Source: Rhodospirillales bacterium
GTDB taxonomy: Bacteria; Pseudomonadota; Alphaproteobacteria; Bin95
Length of the DNA stretch: 64,000 nt
NCBI GenBank assembly: GCA_038143065.1
Contig: JAYQLI010000042.1
Span: 29,114-93,113 of the forward strand
Reading direction: 5' to 3'
The notes under the pieces are model-generated. The model was not told the origin of the DNA. It searched no databases and saw only the letters and a list, made by a program, of their open reading frames with translations. The translations under genes and the position numbers were made by a program. The stretch's first letter is position 1; each line of letters starts with the position of its first letter. Shown here piece after piece: positions 35,472 through 48,756 of the stretch.

Positions 35472-37463
35472 GTGAATGGCCATGGAAGGTTAGAATAGGC
35501 TTGCAAAAGACCGGGTGGAAAATCGCGGTTCAATGCCCAAGCCATAGTGCAGATAAAAGGATGCCCGCAAGCGCATAGATCGCTGCAAAAACAGCGCTCA
35601 TATTGGCTCTGATCCGCATAAAGCTGAACAAAAAAGAGGGCCAGGGCAATTATAAACCCAAACAACGATGTGGCTACCAGGAGCGCGGCAAACCACGCGA
35701 GGGTGGACCATAGGCTATAGCGCGCTTGCCCTGCTTCGGCGCTGCGCTCGCTGTCGGCAAAAATCGTATCGGTTTCAGGGGCCAAAATCATTCGGGCAAT
35801 CATCACCGCACATCCCACCAAACAAACGCTGGCCACAAACATCGGAAAGACCCGATCGCGGCTATAGTCAGGGATGGAACCGGCATCAAACAAAGCATAG
35901 CCAATGCAGAAAGCTGTGACGCAGAGTAAGAACACCATCGGCGCGTTTTCGAGCCTGATTTGCTGTCCCCCTTCGGCCAAGATATGTTTGGCTTGGCGCA
36001 GGCCCAAAACGACAGAGACCAATGTAATGGCCAAAAGCACAAGCACGATGGGCGAGAAAAATATAATCGATCCCCTCAACAAATCCTTTTGCGGAAGCGC
36101 GATTGAGCAATTTGAATGGCTTGGTTGCATAGGGTTTCTGGATTGGATAGAACAAAACCAATCAAAAAGCAGGGCGCGACCAGTCAAAGCGGCGCATCAA
36201 AATTCCAAGAAAGCCAATGGCAAAAAGCGCCACAAGGTCCATCAGGTTTTGTCCAGATTGAAAGGCCGCGAAGCTTATGATCATAAACAAGAAAGGCGCC
36301 AATAAAACAAAGCGGATAGTTGTGAGCTTGGCGATCCCGCCCGAGGCTGCAATGCAAAGCACTGTGCCCACGACATTCGCCAAGGCAAGCAGCCAAACGA
36401 TGGCATAGGTAATGTCGAGATTGTTTTTCAGCATGGCCGGTCCGACCTCAATCTGACCTGATCCCAGCAGGGCAATTGCGCCAATAAAGATTGCCATTGA
36501 GCCAGACCCAGGAATGCCGAACAGTAAAGTCGGCACAAGCCCCCTCTTTGGCATTGTTTGAGCTTTCCTGGCCCGATTACGCCGCGCACATCGCCTTTGC
36601 CGAAATTGGACTTATCTTTGCTGGTTTGCACCGTGTGCCCATAGGCAATCCAATCCACAACCGAGCCGCCAAGACCCGGGATCACACCCACAATCACCCC
36701 GATGATGGAACAGCGCACAGAAAGCCAAATATTGGCAAACCAATCTTTGATCCCTGCGATCCAGCCACCGATCTGCGCCTCCTGACTGATGGCGCGATCA
36801 TTGCGCAACAGGGTGATAATTTCAGGAATTACGAAGATGCAAGGCCTACAATTACCAATTTCAGACCGTCGACAAGATAGGGAAAATCGTAAGAGGACAT
36901 GCGTAAATCACCAGAAGAAGCCCCTTCTCCAATGGTGCCAATCAACATGCCCAGACCGCTCTACAACCAATGCCCTTGATGGCCACACGCCCGGCAAAAT
37001 ACGGCATTGAAGAAGCTAAAATGTATCATCAACAACGCTCTGGCGTGCGAAATTCCAAAAACATTGAGGCGAGCGACCAAAATAAAGACCGTCAAAAAAC
37101 TTGCGCCAACCAATCATAAAAAGCGACGATGCAAAAGCCGCCGAGAGCGCGCGCCGCCATGCCCTTTTGCGCCATGGGAAGCCGTCAAGACAGTGGCTTG
37201 TGACGCGGAAGAGCCTGGAATACCCATCAAAACAGGGCGAAAGTATCGGAGGTTGGCACAACCGCCACCATACCAATCATCAAAGCAGAGCCTAGAATCG
37301 GATCCATGCCAAACATGAAGGGCAGCAAGAGCGACAGGCCCGCGATGCACCGAGACCGGGAAAGACGCCGATGCACGGCCCGCGGGCACACGAACCAAAT
37401 GTCCCAAACAACCGGCTGCAGGATAAGTGCCCAAGCCTCGCCGAAGGTGGCAAGAACCTCCAT
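35468..37463 (-). CDS. tctA: Tripartite tricarboxylate transporter large permease TctA with fused TctB-like C-terminus
   Basis: VLMGIPGSSASQATVL, GVIPGLGGSVVDWIAY, PTLLFGIPGSGSMAI. Confidence 0.85.
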
Positions 37464-37501
37464 GATAACTTCAAGATAATATCCTCCCTTTCCTATTATA
37501 A

Positions 37502-37530
37502 AACGCCCCACCTATCTTGAGTGGGGCGTT
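37502..37530. terminator. Intergenic hairpin between the binding-protein gene and tctA
   Basis: AACGCCCCAC-N9-GTGGGGCGTT. Confidence 0.55.
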
Positions 37531-37542
37531 CCAGAAAAAAGC

Positions 37543-38640
37543 TTAGTTTGAAAAACACCGTATTTTTTCTTGTAGCCAATTCACAATGAGGCTTTGGCAT
37601 CAGGGCTCACATTTGTGCCACTTGCTTTGAAAGCTTCCACGCCGCGGCCCCTGTCATCTGCGGGTATTTACCCAGACGCCCGCCCAGAATTTCTGCAAAA
37701 TCAGCACGCTTTTACAGCTTCAAATGCCGCCGTATAGGTCACCATGGCATCCGCCGTTGCGCCTCTTGGCAAGAAGACCATTTTTGAGCTGGGAACCCTG
37801 CAATGAAAGAAGGCTTTCCAAGCATCCCATTTTCGCCAGAGGTTTCACAACCATCGGTTGCTTCAAACTTCTTTGAAGGTTGGAATCTCCGGGAATATTA
37901 GGGTCGCGAACGATATCGCCCGCATCGCTCAAAGCACCCCAAGTCATCATTGGCACGGCTGTACCAGCCTCAGCCAATGGTGTCACGCCGGACAAATAGG
38001 AAGAGGAGGTTTGATAATCGTATTCGCCTCGCCCCGTTCCGACATCAAACGCCCGTCACCGCGGCCTTTGATCCCATGACGCTTTCAACGTTCAGACCCA
38101 GCATTTCCCAAACCAATGTCGGAACCAAGTCAAGACGCGTGGCGCCTTGGTTGCCATAGATGAAGTCTGTGTCTTTCAGACCAGAGGCATCCAAGCCGTC
38201 CATTTTGGCCGCAAGCTCAGGTGGAAGATAACCCACGCCCACCGGTTTAGAGGCCAAAACCACATTCCAATCAGCATAGTCGAATTTCACCCGCAGATCG
38301 CCCAACAGAATGGAAATTGTGTTGAACCGGAGGAGCCAAAAATGAGTGTACCGTCATCATATTCTTGCTCGTGGAAATAGTTAGCGCCTTTGGTTGAGCC
38401 CGCACCTGGCATGAATTTTACGACAACAGTCGGCTGGCCGGGCAAAGCTTCCAGACCCAGCAAGGCGCATAAAAATTGCCCATTTGGCAGAACACCGGTT
38501 TTCCGAAAAGGATGATCCACTCATGATCTTACCTGTCAGGTCAATCCCATGGCCGCCTGCATTGACGAAGGCCAAGGTGGCCGTCGCTCACCAGCCACAA
38601 GGCCCATAGCCATGCGGCGTGTTGTTTTAAGTGTAGACAT
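37543..38640 (-). CDS. Tripartite tricarboxylate transporter substrate-binding protein (TctC-like)
   Basis: LPGQPTVVVKFMPGAGSTKGANYF, GSSGSTQFP, YGNQGATRLDLVP. Confidence 0.75.
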
Positions 38641-38770
38641 TAAATCCTCCCAGATTTTTTAACGCGTCAGAAGCCGCGCAATTTGGATCTTATTGAGGCA
38701 TACACCCCAGGTTGATGCTTGCTGTGTAATCTGAAGCTTTCAGAAACTTTCACGGATCGGAAAAACAGCA

Positions 38771-39444
38771 ATGCGAATTACGCTTGTTGAAGACAATATC
38801 AGCCTGTCAAAAGGCATAGCCTATCGTTTGGAAGATGCGGGCCATTCTGTGGATGCGATTGCCAATGGCGATGAGGCGCAAGACTATCTTGTTGCAGATG
38901 GAGCTGATCTTGTGATCCTCGACATCAACCTGCCGAGCGTAGAATGGCCTGGATTTGCTGTCCTGCCGATTGCGCAAACGCGGCGATATGGCCGTGATCT
39001 TGCTGACCGCCCGCGCGAAACGCAAGATCCGGAGGTCAAGTTGGATGCCGGGGCGGATGATTATTTGATAAAGCCCTTCGAGATGGCAGGATTGAGGCAC
39101 GGGTTCGCGCCCTCCTGCGCCGCGCCGGGCGCAATCCGGCAAAAAACGCGCAAAATCGGTTCTTTGCATTACGGTCGATACACGGCAATTGTTTGATGGC
39201 GAAACCTGCATTGGACATTCGCGCCGAGAAATGTCTGTCTTTGAATGTCTGCTCACTGCAGACGGACGACTTGTATCAAAAGCGCAATGCTCGACCATGT
39301 CTACGGGGTTGGTGCCGATATTGAGGAAAAAGTGGTCGAAGTTTATATCTCACGGCTCCGCCAAAGACTGAAAGACCACGGTGTTTTGATCCAAGCGCGA
39401 CGTGGATTGGGATATCACATCACGGTGCAGGGAGCGCGCATGAA
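38771..39444 (+). CDS. TctD-like response regulator
   Basis: MRITLVEDN, ILDINLP, LDAGADDYLIKPF, VEVYISRLR..RGLGY; divergent from the tct genes. Confidence 0.85.
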
Positions 39445-40865
39445 ACCCAGCTCTTTGAGGGCCCGGCTGACATTGATCATCCTGCCCCTCTGCTCATCAT
39501 TTCGCTGATTGCCGGTGCATGGCAGTTCCACAATACGACCCTGCGGGCCGAAAGCATCTTTGACAAAAGGCTTGCTCTCCGCCGCAATTGCGATATCGCG
39601 CGACGTTGCCCTGTCGGATGGGGACGCCATTAGCCCCTCGACCCGTCGCCTTCTGGCCGATACCTCTGGCGGCACGATATTAACATCATGTGTTTGCTCC
39701 CGATGGTGTGTTTGTAACAGGCTATTCCACCCACCGGTCTTACCAGAGTATGGCCCCCAAAGGGCCACAGATCCTTTTACTACAACAGTGTCTATCAGGG
39801 CGAAAATGTGCGGGTTCTGCGCTTCAAGATGTGACCTTGGTCAGCGGCATTGCCGGAATTTTCAACATCACCGTGTGGCAAAACGCGAGCGTGCGCAGCG
39901 CCTTTGTGCGCAATGTCTTGTCGCGCTCCTTTGCAGTGATTGCCCGCTGGTGATGAGCGTTGCCGTTGTATGTGGTTCCGGGTGCGTCTGGGGCTGCGCC
40001 CGCTGTTAGAAACTGGAGCGCGCCATTGCAAAGCGCACGCCAAGCCGGGTGACCGATCCGCAGGCTGTCCCAACCGAGGCTCGGGGCTGGTGACCACTTT
40101 AAATGGTCTGTTAAATAGGGTGTCCCGGCGCATCAGCTCGAGGCGAATTCATCTCTAACGCGGCCCATCAGCTGCGCAACCCTATGGCGGGTGTCCTTGC
40201 GCTGGCCGAAGCGGTGCACAGCACCAAACCCGCAAACCGCGCAGAAGCGCAGCGCTGGGCTCTTACCAGAAGCCGCCCGCGAGGCCAGCGATTTGACCAA
40301 TAAGCTTTTGTCCTTTGGCGCAGTGGCACCGTGTCTCGCAAAGCCGTGCAATGGATATGAACCAGCTTATCACCCATGCCGTCAGCACCTTTGAGCAAAA
40401 CCACCCAAAAGCCAGCTTAACAGTCACCCAAGATCTGCCGCGCGAAAACCTCGTGATAAAGGCCGATCAAACCATGCTCAAGAGGCTATTTTAAATATCT
40501 TCAGAAATTGTTTGGTGCATGGCGGCCCAAATCTGACGCGAATTTGGATCACACTCCGTAAGAACGGCGCCGGGGCGGAAATGCTCATCCAAGACGATGG
40601 TATTGGAATACCCGAAGATCGCCACATTGAGGCGCTAAGCCGCTTTTTCACGGGCCGGCGGCGGCCCTGGCGTGGGCTTGGCCTCGCCATTGCGGCCCGG
40701 GTGATGAAAAATCATGGCGGGCAGTTGAGCATCCTGCCCTCCCCCCGTGGCGCTAAAATAAAGCTGAGCTTGCTGCTTCGGTGGACATATAGACCTCTGA
40801 CACTGACAGATTTGCCGCCCATTTGTAAATATGCGTTTCGCAGTGGCGCAGAAGCAAACAGATGA
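39440..40865 (+). CDS. TctE-like sensor histidine kinase (frameshifted)
   Basis: SLRARLT, AAHQLRNP, DDGIGIP, GLGLAIA. Confidence 0.8.
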
Positions 40866-40998
40866 TAGTCTGACCCTCATACAAACCAGCGCGGTTTGTC
40901 CAAACTTTCTGATCCCATGATAGGCCGGCCTGCGGAGGGGTGGAATTCACGTGGACGGCGGCAATGGTTATCGAGTTTGTCAGTCAATCGGAGAACGC

Positions 40999-41685
40999 AT
41001 GAAACGCTCGCAAGTCAACGACATTATGGTGCAAGCGGATGAGATGATCCGCAGCTTTGGCTTTACTCTCCGCCTTTCGCCTATTGGTCGCGAGACATTT
41101 AAAGCGCAACGCCGTCGCGGCGCGGCCAATCATTGAGGCGCAATGCGGCTGGGATATTACCGACTATGGCGCCGGTGATTTTGCGGCTTTGGGCCTGTTT
41201 TTGTTTACCCTGCGCAATGGGCGTTTGGCCGATTTGCAGCGCGGCGGCGGCATGTGCTATGCGGAAAAGCTGTTGATTTCGCGGCAAGATCAGCTCACCA
41301 ATGCACACCCATGTCATCAAAGCAGAAGATATCATCAACCGTGGCGGCGCGACTTTGGTGGTGGAGCTGTTTTGGCTCTGACGCGGAGGGCGGATTTGCG
41401 GAAGATCAGGGCGGCACAGTTTATTGCGATGGCCTGCGCCGCGATTTGCCCCGGCGAGAAACTCCGCCTTGCGCCCGGTGAAAGCGTCACCCTCATGCCT
41501 GGCGATTGGCACGCCTTTTGGGGCGATGGTGGGGATGTGTTGATCGGGAGGTGTCCACTGTAAACGACGACAACACCGACAATATTTTCCGCGAACCCAT
41601 CGGCCGTTTTTCCGACATTGAAGAGGATGAAGCCCCAAGGCATTTGCTGGTCAGTGATTATGATCAAATGTTGCCCGCCGGATAA
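40999..41685 (+). CDS. D-lyxose/D-mannose family sugar isomerase (cupin)
   Basis: MKRSQVN, GWDITDYG, LFLFTLRNG, YAEKLLI, LAPGESVTLMPG.WHAFWG. Confidence 0.85.
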
Positions 41686-41795
41686 AAAGCGGTGCGCTGG
41701 ATAAAAATAGTTACATTTTGCGTCCCAAGACACTAGGCTGCCACGCGCAACCCCATTCAAATGCCCCCTCAATTATTCTCTAAGAGGTCTGCCGC

Positions 41796-42909
41796 ATGAG
41801 CACTATTGTATCCATTGATGTCCGCCTATTTCACATTCCCTTGGCTGAAGTGCTGGTGGATGCCAAACATGGCGGCCATCATATTTTTGAGTTGATCACA
41901 GCAACCGTCCACCTCGAAGATGGGTCTTCTGGCACCGGCTATACCTATACAGGCGGCAAAGGGGACATGCGATTGCCGCCATGATTTCCGCGACTTGGAC
42001 CCCGTTTCTGCTGGGCCAATCGGCGACAGATGTGGAAGGTCTCTATGATGCGATGCAATGGCATGTGCATTATGTGGCACGCGGCGGCATTGCCTCTTTC
42101 GCCATTTCAAAGGTGGATATTGCGCTATGGGATGTGCGTGGCAAACGCAGCGGCCAAGCGCTTTGGCAGATGGCCGGTGGCGCCGCGCAGTCCTGCAAAG
42201 CCTATTGCGGTGGCATTGATCTTGGCTTTCCCTTGCCAAAACTCTTGGACAGTATCCAAAGCTACCTTGACCGTGGTTTCAACGGCGTGAAAATCAAAAT
42301 CGGTCAACCCAGCCTGGCGGAAGATATTGCCCGCATAAAAGCGGTGCGCGAGCTCATTGGGCCAGATATCACATTCATGGTGGACGCAAATTATTCGATG
42401 ACGGTCGAGGAAGCGATCACCGCAGCCGAGGCCTTTGCCGCCTATGATATCACCTGGTTTGAAAGAGCCAATCATCCCCGATAATTATCAAGGCTACGCT
42501 GAGATCAGCGCGGCAACTGGAATGCCCCTGGCGATGGGGAAAACCTGCATACCATCCATGAATTTTGAGCAGGCGCTTGCGCAGTCTAACCTGAGTTTCA
42601 TCCAACCCGATGCCTCTAATTGCGGCGGTATCACCGGCTTTCTTCAGGTGGCCGCGCTGGCCGAACAAGCCGGTGTGCCGATCTGTAGCCACGGGATGCA
42701 AGAACTGCATGTGAGCCTCGTTTCCGGCCAAAAGAACGCCGGCTGGATCGAGGTCCATTCCTTCCCCATTGAGCACTATACAAAGCGCCCCCTTGTCGTT
42801 GAAAACCATGGCCCTTGCCCCAGATACCGCAGGGATCGGCGTGACATTCGACTGGCAAAAACTTGAGGCCGCAGACCTGCTGGACCCGCTGATGGATGCC
42901 CCCACCTAG
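41796..42909 (+). CDS. Mandelate racemase/muconate lactonizing enzyme family protein
   Basis: [46 protein letters not shown]. Confidence 0.88.
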
Positions 42910-43179
42910 AGTTGCCCAATCCTGCCCTATAGGCCTCATGCCGGCCATGGTGACCGTCCGCCTTGTGTGAAACTAAAGACCTCTGCACAACACCATTTTA
43001 ACATCAAATGAGGGCAGCACCTGCCGGGGGCAGCAGGCGCAGCCCGGTGTTGCCACCGGGCAAAGTCATTTGGCTTGAAGGTTGGGTTATGCAGGAGGCG
43101 CTTGTCCGTCCCTTTCACATTGTGAACCGCCAGAAACCATCCTAACTGTACAGCAACAGGGAAAATGGAGGAACAGAGC

Positions 43180-44202
43180 ATGCAATATCGCCCGAATGAA
43201 AATAGATATGACAAAATGGTCTACCGAAAATGCGGCCAATCGGGGTTAAAGCTCCCTGCAATTTCATTGGGGCTGTGGCATAACTTCGGTGAAGATTTCC
43301 CGCATCAAAGCAAAAGACAGATCTGCCAAGCCGCTTTTGATGCGGGCATCACTTTGACCTGGCCAATAACTACGGCCCGCCCGCCGGCAGCGCAGACTGC
43401 TTTTGGTGAAATTTTTAAAACAGATTTTTCTGGGCTGCGCGATGAGTTGGTCATCAGTTCAAAAGCCGGTTACGACATGTGGCCTGGACCCTATGGAGAA
43501 TGGGGCAGCCGTAAGTATTTGATTGCGTCTTGCGACCAATCGCTCAAGCACATGGGCCTCGATTATGTGGATATTTTATTCGCACCGCTTTGATCCTGAG
43601 ACACCTCTTGAAGAAACCATGGGCGCCTTAGATCACATCGTCAGATCAGGACGGGCGCTTTATGTAGGCATTTCAGCTACAACAGCCAGCGCACCAAAGA
43701 AGCGGTGGCCATTCTCAATGATCTGGGAACGCCCTGTTTGATCCATCAACCAAGCTATAACATGCTAAACCGCTGGGTTGAGACCGATGGGCTGCTTGAC
43801 TGCCTGGATGATTTGGGAATTGGATCCATTGCCTTCACACCGCTGGCACAGGGGCTGTTGACCAACAAATATATTGGCGGCATTCCGCAAAACAGCCGCG
43901 CTTTGCAGGGGAAAAGCCTCGATCGTGACAAGCTGACAGAGGAATTGATTGGCAATCTTCGCGCTCTGAATGACCTTGCCCAGGCGCGCAATCAAACATT
44001 GGCGCAGATGGCGCTGGCTTGGGTGTTGCGCGGTGGACGCGTGACCACTGCGCTCATCGGCGCCTCGAGCGCGCAGCAGGTGATCGACTGCGCCCAGGCC
44101 GTTGAAAACCTTGAATTTACCGATGCGGAGCTCGCTGAAATTGACCTTCTGTCCGGCGACCGGGGCATAAACTTATGGGCGCAATCGTCTGAGACCGCCT
44201 AA
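43180..44202 (+). CDS. Aldo/keto reductase (L-glyceraldehyde-3-phosphate reductase/YghZ-like)
   Basis: SGLKLPAISLGLWHNFG, SSKAGYDMWPGPYGEWGSRKYL, IHQPSYNM. Confidence 0.9.
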
Positions 44203-44941
44203 ACTTCGTCTAAGAACCGCAGCAAAGCGTCCCAAGATTTGCGCTCTGCTGCGGCGTCGAAATCACGAGAGCCTTCAATTGTAAAGGAATGGCGCGCACC
44301 GCCAAATACTTCGGCATTGTGCACCACCTCTGCCTCCTGCAGTTGCTGCAAAAGGCTTGCCAAATCGTCCATGCCAGACACTGGATCGGCAGATCCATGC
44401 AGAACCAAAATTTCACCTTTCGTTTGCGTGTAATCTTGCCCTCAGGGTGGTTAATCCACCATGAAAGCTCACAAACCCATCCAGATCGCTCCCGGACCGC
44501 GCCGCTTCGAGAACCGCAGCGCCGCCAAAACAATAGCCCATTAAAACAGTCTTACCAGCGGTGTTAAAAAGGGCTTCCGCCGCGGCGATCCCGGCATTTA
44601 TCCGATTGCGAAACTCTTTTCGATCTTTGTACAAAGCACCTGTTTCTCGGCGATAATCCTCAAATCCTTCCAGCTTTGCATCGACACCAAAAAGATCCAA
44701 AGCCACCGCATTATAGCCTAAATCCGCCAGCATCCCGACGCGTTTCTGCTCATAACTGTCCAAACCATTCCAATCATGAATGATATAGACTGTGCCTTTC
44801 GGCGCCGACCCTGCCGTCATAGCATAAGCGCTAAACTCCTTATCACCCGATTTATAAACAACCGATTGGCTGTGACCGCCTGCGAAGGCAGCCGTGGCAG
44901 AAAAAGCAAGAGACGTCACAAGTAAACAATGAGCGTGTCAT
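44199..44941 (-). CDS. Dienelactone hydrolase family protein (exported)
   Basis: HDWNGL, GYCFGG, SFHGGL, HGSAD, GARHSFT. Confidence 0.88.
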
Positions 44942-45489
44942 ATTGAGAACTTTCCAGTTTGAGATACCGCCTCAGCGTAAACCCAATTCCAACCTGCGTA
45001 AACAGATATGATAGCTGCAATCCTAACACTTCGCACCCCAAACCGACCGCCACATCCTGCCCTCATTGCGCATTATCAAGGTCTATGGGCGCGGCGCGCA
45101 GGCTAGCTCTATTCAACTCACTGCCCGAACAGATCCACCGCACCGCAAAAGTGGCACCCAGTTGCAATCACGGGGCATTGAAAGCAGCTCCTAAAACTTC
45201 CGCAAAACTCAACAAACAGGACTATGGCCAGCAAAGCCATCCCGTGGTGATGGTCGGTGACCTGTGCATTTGATCACAAATTCGTGATAAATTTTTTGCC
45301 ATTTATTTTGCAACTGACGCCCTCTTTTTTTGTATGCTCCGATAACAGATCACGGTGTGCGGCAGTGCTATTCGTTAATTGAACGGCCGAGACGACAGCT
45401 GGGAGCCTATTCTAAACGAGTTCAGATCAGGATGGTTTCTCGTTCAAAGACAAGATTTTTGGCACGGTAACGTGCTGCATGAGCCAGGA

Positions 45490-45608
45490 CCAAATTAGAT
45501 ACCTTTGACAGCGGTCAATCCAAATTCCACGGACATCGCGCGCACCTTACATCCGTAGATGTCCAGGTTTTCGGAACCCGTCTCAAGCTCGTTTTGTCTG
45601 ACAGTGCC
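45490..45608 (-). mobile_element. IS remnants: solo IS6 left end (45577-45608) abutting an IS3-like transposase fragment
   Basis: CCCGTCTCAAGCTCGTTTTGTCTGACAGTGCC matches the IS6 ends at 49169 and 61226; adjacent ENLDIYGCKV resembles IS3 OrfB. Confidence 0.65.
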
Positions 45609-45726
45609 GACCTGTCGACTTTCGCTGACACCGATAGATGTGATAGACCCCTGTTGTGTCTCCCCAAATTCGTTCAGCACGTCCCGAGCAGTGTTCACTG
45701 TAGACATCTAGCCGTGTCCAACGTCA

Positions 45727-47337
45727 TTACAGGGCCTCAATATGCGGGGCTTCATCCTTGGCCATTGGACCGGCGTCTTTGCCCGCGTTTGTCATCCAGG
45801 TATCAAGCTCGGCAATTTCGGCTTTGCTCATCCGTAGCCCTAATCGCGAGCGCCGCCAAACCACATCTTCAGCAGTGCGGGCATATTCCTTATCCATCAG
45901 CCAGATGATCTCGCGCTCAGTTAGCGTTACGGCAAAAGCTTTGCCCATATCCCCGATTGATTTGGCATCACCAAGGATCAGCCGGGCCTCTGTGCCATAG
46001 GCCCTGGATCAGACGCCGCGCCCAAAAATCATCCAGAAACGGATAGGTTTCGCGCAATTCCTGGATCAGAGATGCCACACCATCCACTGGGAAATCTCCA
46101 CCGGGAAGGCTGCGCCCGCGGTCCAGTCCGGACCAGCCTTGGGGAAAACGGTGTCTTCTCAAGCGCGGACTCTGCAAGTTTACGATAATTGGTTATTTTT
46201 CCGCCAAATATGTTCAACAACGGCGCGGCTTCACCATCCTGATTTACTTTCAGAACATAATCCGCGTCGCCGCGGTCGCGGAACTGGCACCATCATCATA
46301 TAGCGGGCGCACACCGGAATAGCTCCAGACAATATCATCCTTGGGAATTGGCTTTTTGAAGTAATTTGACGCAAAGGCTCGCAGATAGTCGGCTTCGGCC
46401 TCAGTGCATTGTGGTTTTTACGGATGCGTCTTCATGATTCATCCGTCGTACCGATCAAGGTGAAATCACAATACCATAGGGAATCAAAAATGATCCGCCC
46501 GTCTTCACCCTGAAAGAAATAGCATTTGTCGTGATCAAACAGTTTGCGCGTCACGATATGGCTGCCACGCACCAGACGCACACCTTCAGACGAATTGATC
46601 CGAGCGGTGTTGCGAATGATCTTCGACCCAAGGCCCACCGGCGTTGACCAGCATTCTGGCGACGGTCAGCTGGGTTTCTTTCGTGCTCTGATCTTCGGTG
46701 GTGATATGCCAAACGTCATCGACGCTCTGCCTTCCACCTTGGTCGGGTCATGATTTGCGCGCCGCGCGCCTGAGCATCGCGCGCGTTCAAAACCGCAGAG
46801 CGAGATCTGATCCAGCAGTCAGAATACTCATAGGCTTTGGCAAAGCGATTTTTGCAACGGCTTGCCGACAGGGTCGACAGCCAGATCAACCGTTTTCGTG
46901 CCGGGTAAGATTTTCCGCCCCCCCCAAATGATCGTAGAGAAACAGTCCAAAGCGGATCAGCCAGGCGGGCCTGCGCTTCACGCGCATCAGGGCATGACAA
47001 GGCTCAGGATCTTCGATGTCGGCGTGTTAACCTCAAACCGCATATCCTTGTGGTACGGCAATACAAAGCGCATTGGCCAACTGATATGGGGCATCGCGCG
47101 CAGCAGTGTTTCGCGCTCTTTCAGAGCTTCGCGCACGAGGCGGACTTCGAAAAATTCTAGATAGCGCAGCCCGCGGAAAAGCTTGGTCGGGCCGGGAATG
47201 TCGCAGATGCCAGATGCGTTCGACTTTCCTCAGCAGCGCCACAGACAGCCCACGGCCCCGCCGTCGAGCAATACCGCAGCGGTGATACCCCGCCGACGAC
47301 GAAGAGATCAACTTCTGACTTTTGTTCTTTGCGACAT
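45727..47337 (-). CDS. glpD: Glycerol-3-phosphate dehydrogenase, copy 2 (frameshifted)
   Basis: VDLFVVGG, VRLVRGSHIVTRKLFDHDKCYFFQG.DGRIIF, LNIFGGKIT.YRKLAE, ARTAEDVVWRRSRLGL. Confidence 0.9.
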
Positions 47338-47533
47338 AATGGCCTCCTTGCTACCTCTGTTGTGCTGAGCCAAAGCCTTTTTGAAAGCTCTGGCTTCATA
47401 ATTTTCTGTTTCAAGACAGAAACCTTAAGCAGTAAATTGGTTCTGACGTGCAGCTGAACCTATGTGGCAATTCCCTAAATCGAAGACCGCTAACAATCCG
47501 GTCTAGCGAACATTTCAGCAAGTCCCCAGACTT

Positions 47534-48754
47534 TGAAACAGCCCATGAGTGGTCAATTTGAAGTTAGTGCATGACTGGCCTTTGGTCCACTTGGATGTTG
47601 GCTTCTGGCGCAGGCGGGCGATATCCCAATGCACTATGGGGTCGTTTGGTGTTGTAATGGTTCCTCCATCTTTCGATAATAATTTGGGCTTCCCGCAGCG
47701 AGTAAAAAGATATCTCGCCGTTTAAGCAATTCATCTCGCATTCGCCCGTTGAAGCTTTCGCAGTATCCGTTCTCCCAGGGCGATCCTGGCTCGATGTAGG
47801 CGGTCTTTGCCCCAGCTGCTTTGATCCAGTCCCTGACGGCCGGAAGCGATAAACTCTGGGCCGTTGTCCGACCCCTAATGTATGATGGAACGCCACGCAG
47901 AATAAAAAGGTCTGTGAGGGCGTCGATGACCTCAATCGAGTTAAGCTTTCGTTTCACCCGGATCGCTGAGGCATTCTCGACTGTACTCATCCAGGATGTT
48001 CAGTGTCTGAAAGCCCCTACCATCATCGGTTCGGTGATGTACAAAGTCGTACGACCAGACATGATTTTGATACTCAGGACGCAGTCGGACGCACGATCCG
48101 TCATTCATCCAGAGTCGCCCTTTCTTTGATTGGCTCACTGGCACTTTAAGCCCCTCGCGCCGCCGCCACAGACGTTCGACACGCTTGTCATTCACTTGCC
48201 AACCCGCGTCTCCCAGCAAGGCCGCGATCTCGGCGATAGCCATATCGACCGTACTGGCGGGTCAACTCGATCATGTCTGCGTCCAAGCGTTCTTCATCGG
48301 CACGGCCTTTTGGCAATCGACGTTGTGTGGATCGATGTTGGCCTAATGCGCGGCAAACTCGACGCTCAGAAACCTTCATCTGACTGCACGAGATCAATGC
48401 AAGCACGGCGACGCGAGGGGCTTAGAAGTTTCCCGATGCAGCCTCCTTTAGGATCAGTTTGTCCAGCGTAAGGTCCGATACGGCTCGGCGGAGGCGCTCG
48501 TTCTCTTTCTGTAGTCGCTTCAGTTCTTTTGAGTTGTTCTCACGCCCATTCCGCCGTACTTCTTCTTCCAACGGTAATAGGTTTGTTCAGTCACACTGAT
48601 CTGACGGATCGCGTCAATCCGGGGCATGCCTTGCCCCATCAGAACTTCAACCTGCAATAACTTCATGACAATCTCTTCGAGCTTGGGTCTCTTGATGGCC
48701 ATTTTACTGGTCCTCCATTTCTAACTATAGGCGGACCACTTCAAGAGAGGCTCA
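47534..48754 (-). mobile_element. IS3-family (IS407-group-like) element, frameshifted
   Basis: orfA MAIKRPKLEEIV..TEQTYYRW; orfB WSYDFV, EPGSPWENGYCESFNG; TG..CA ends sharing AGTGGTC. Confidence 0.9.
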
Positions 48755-48756
48755 GG

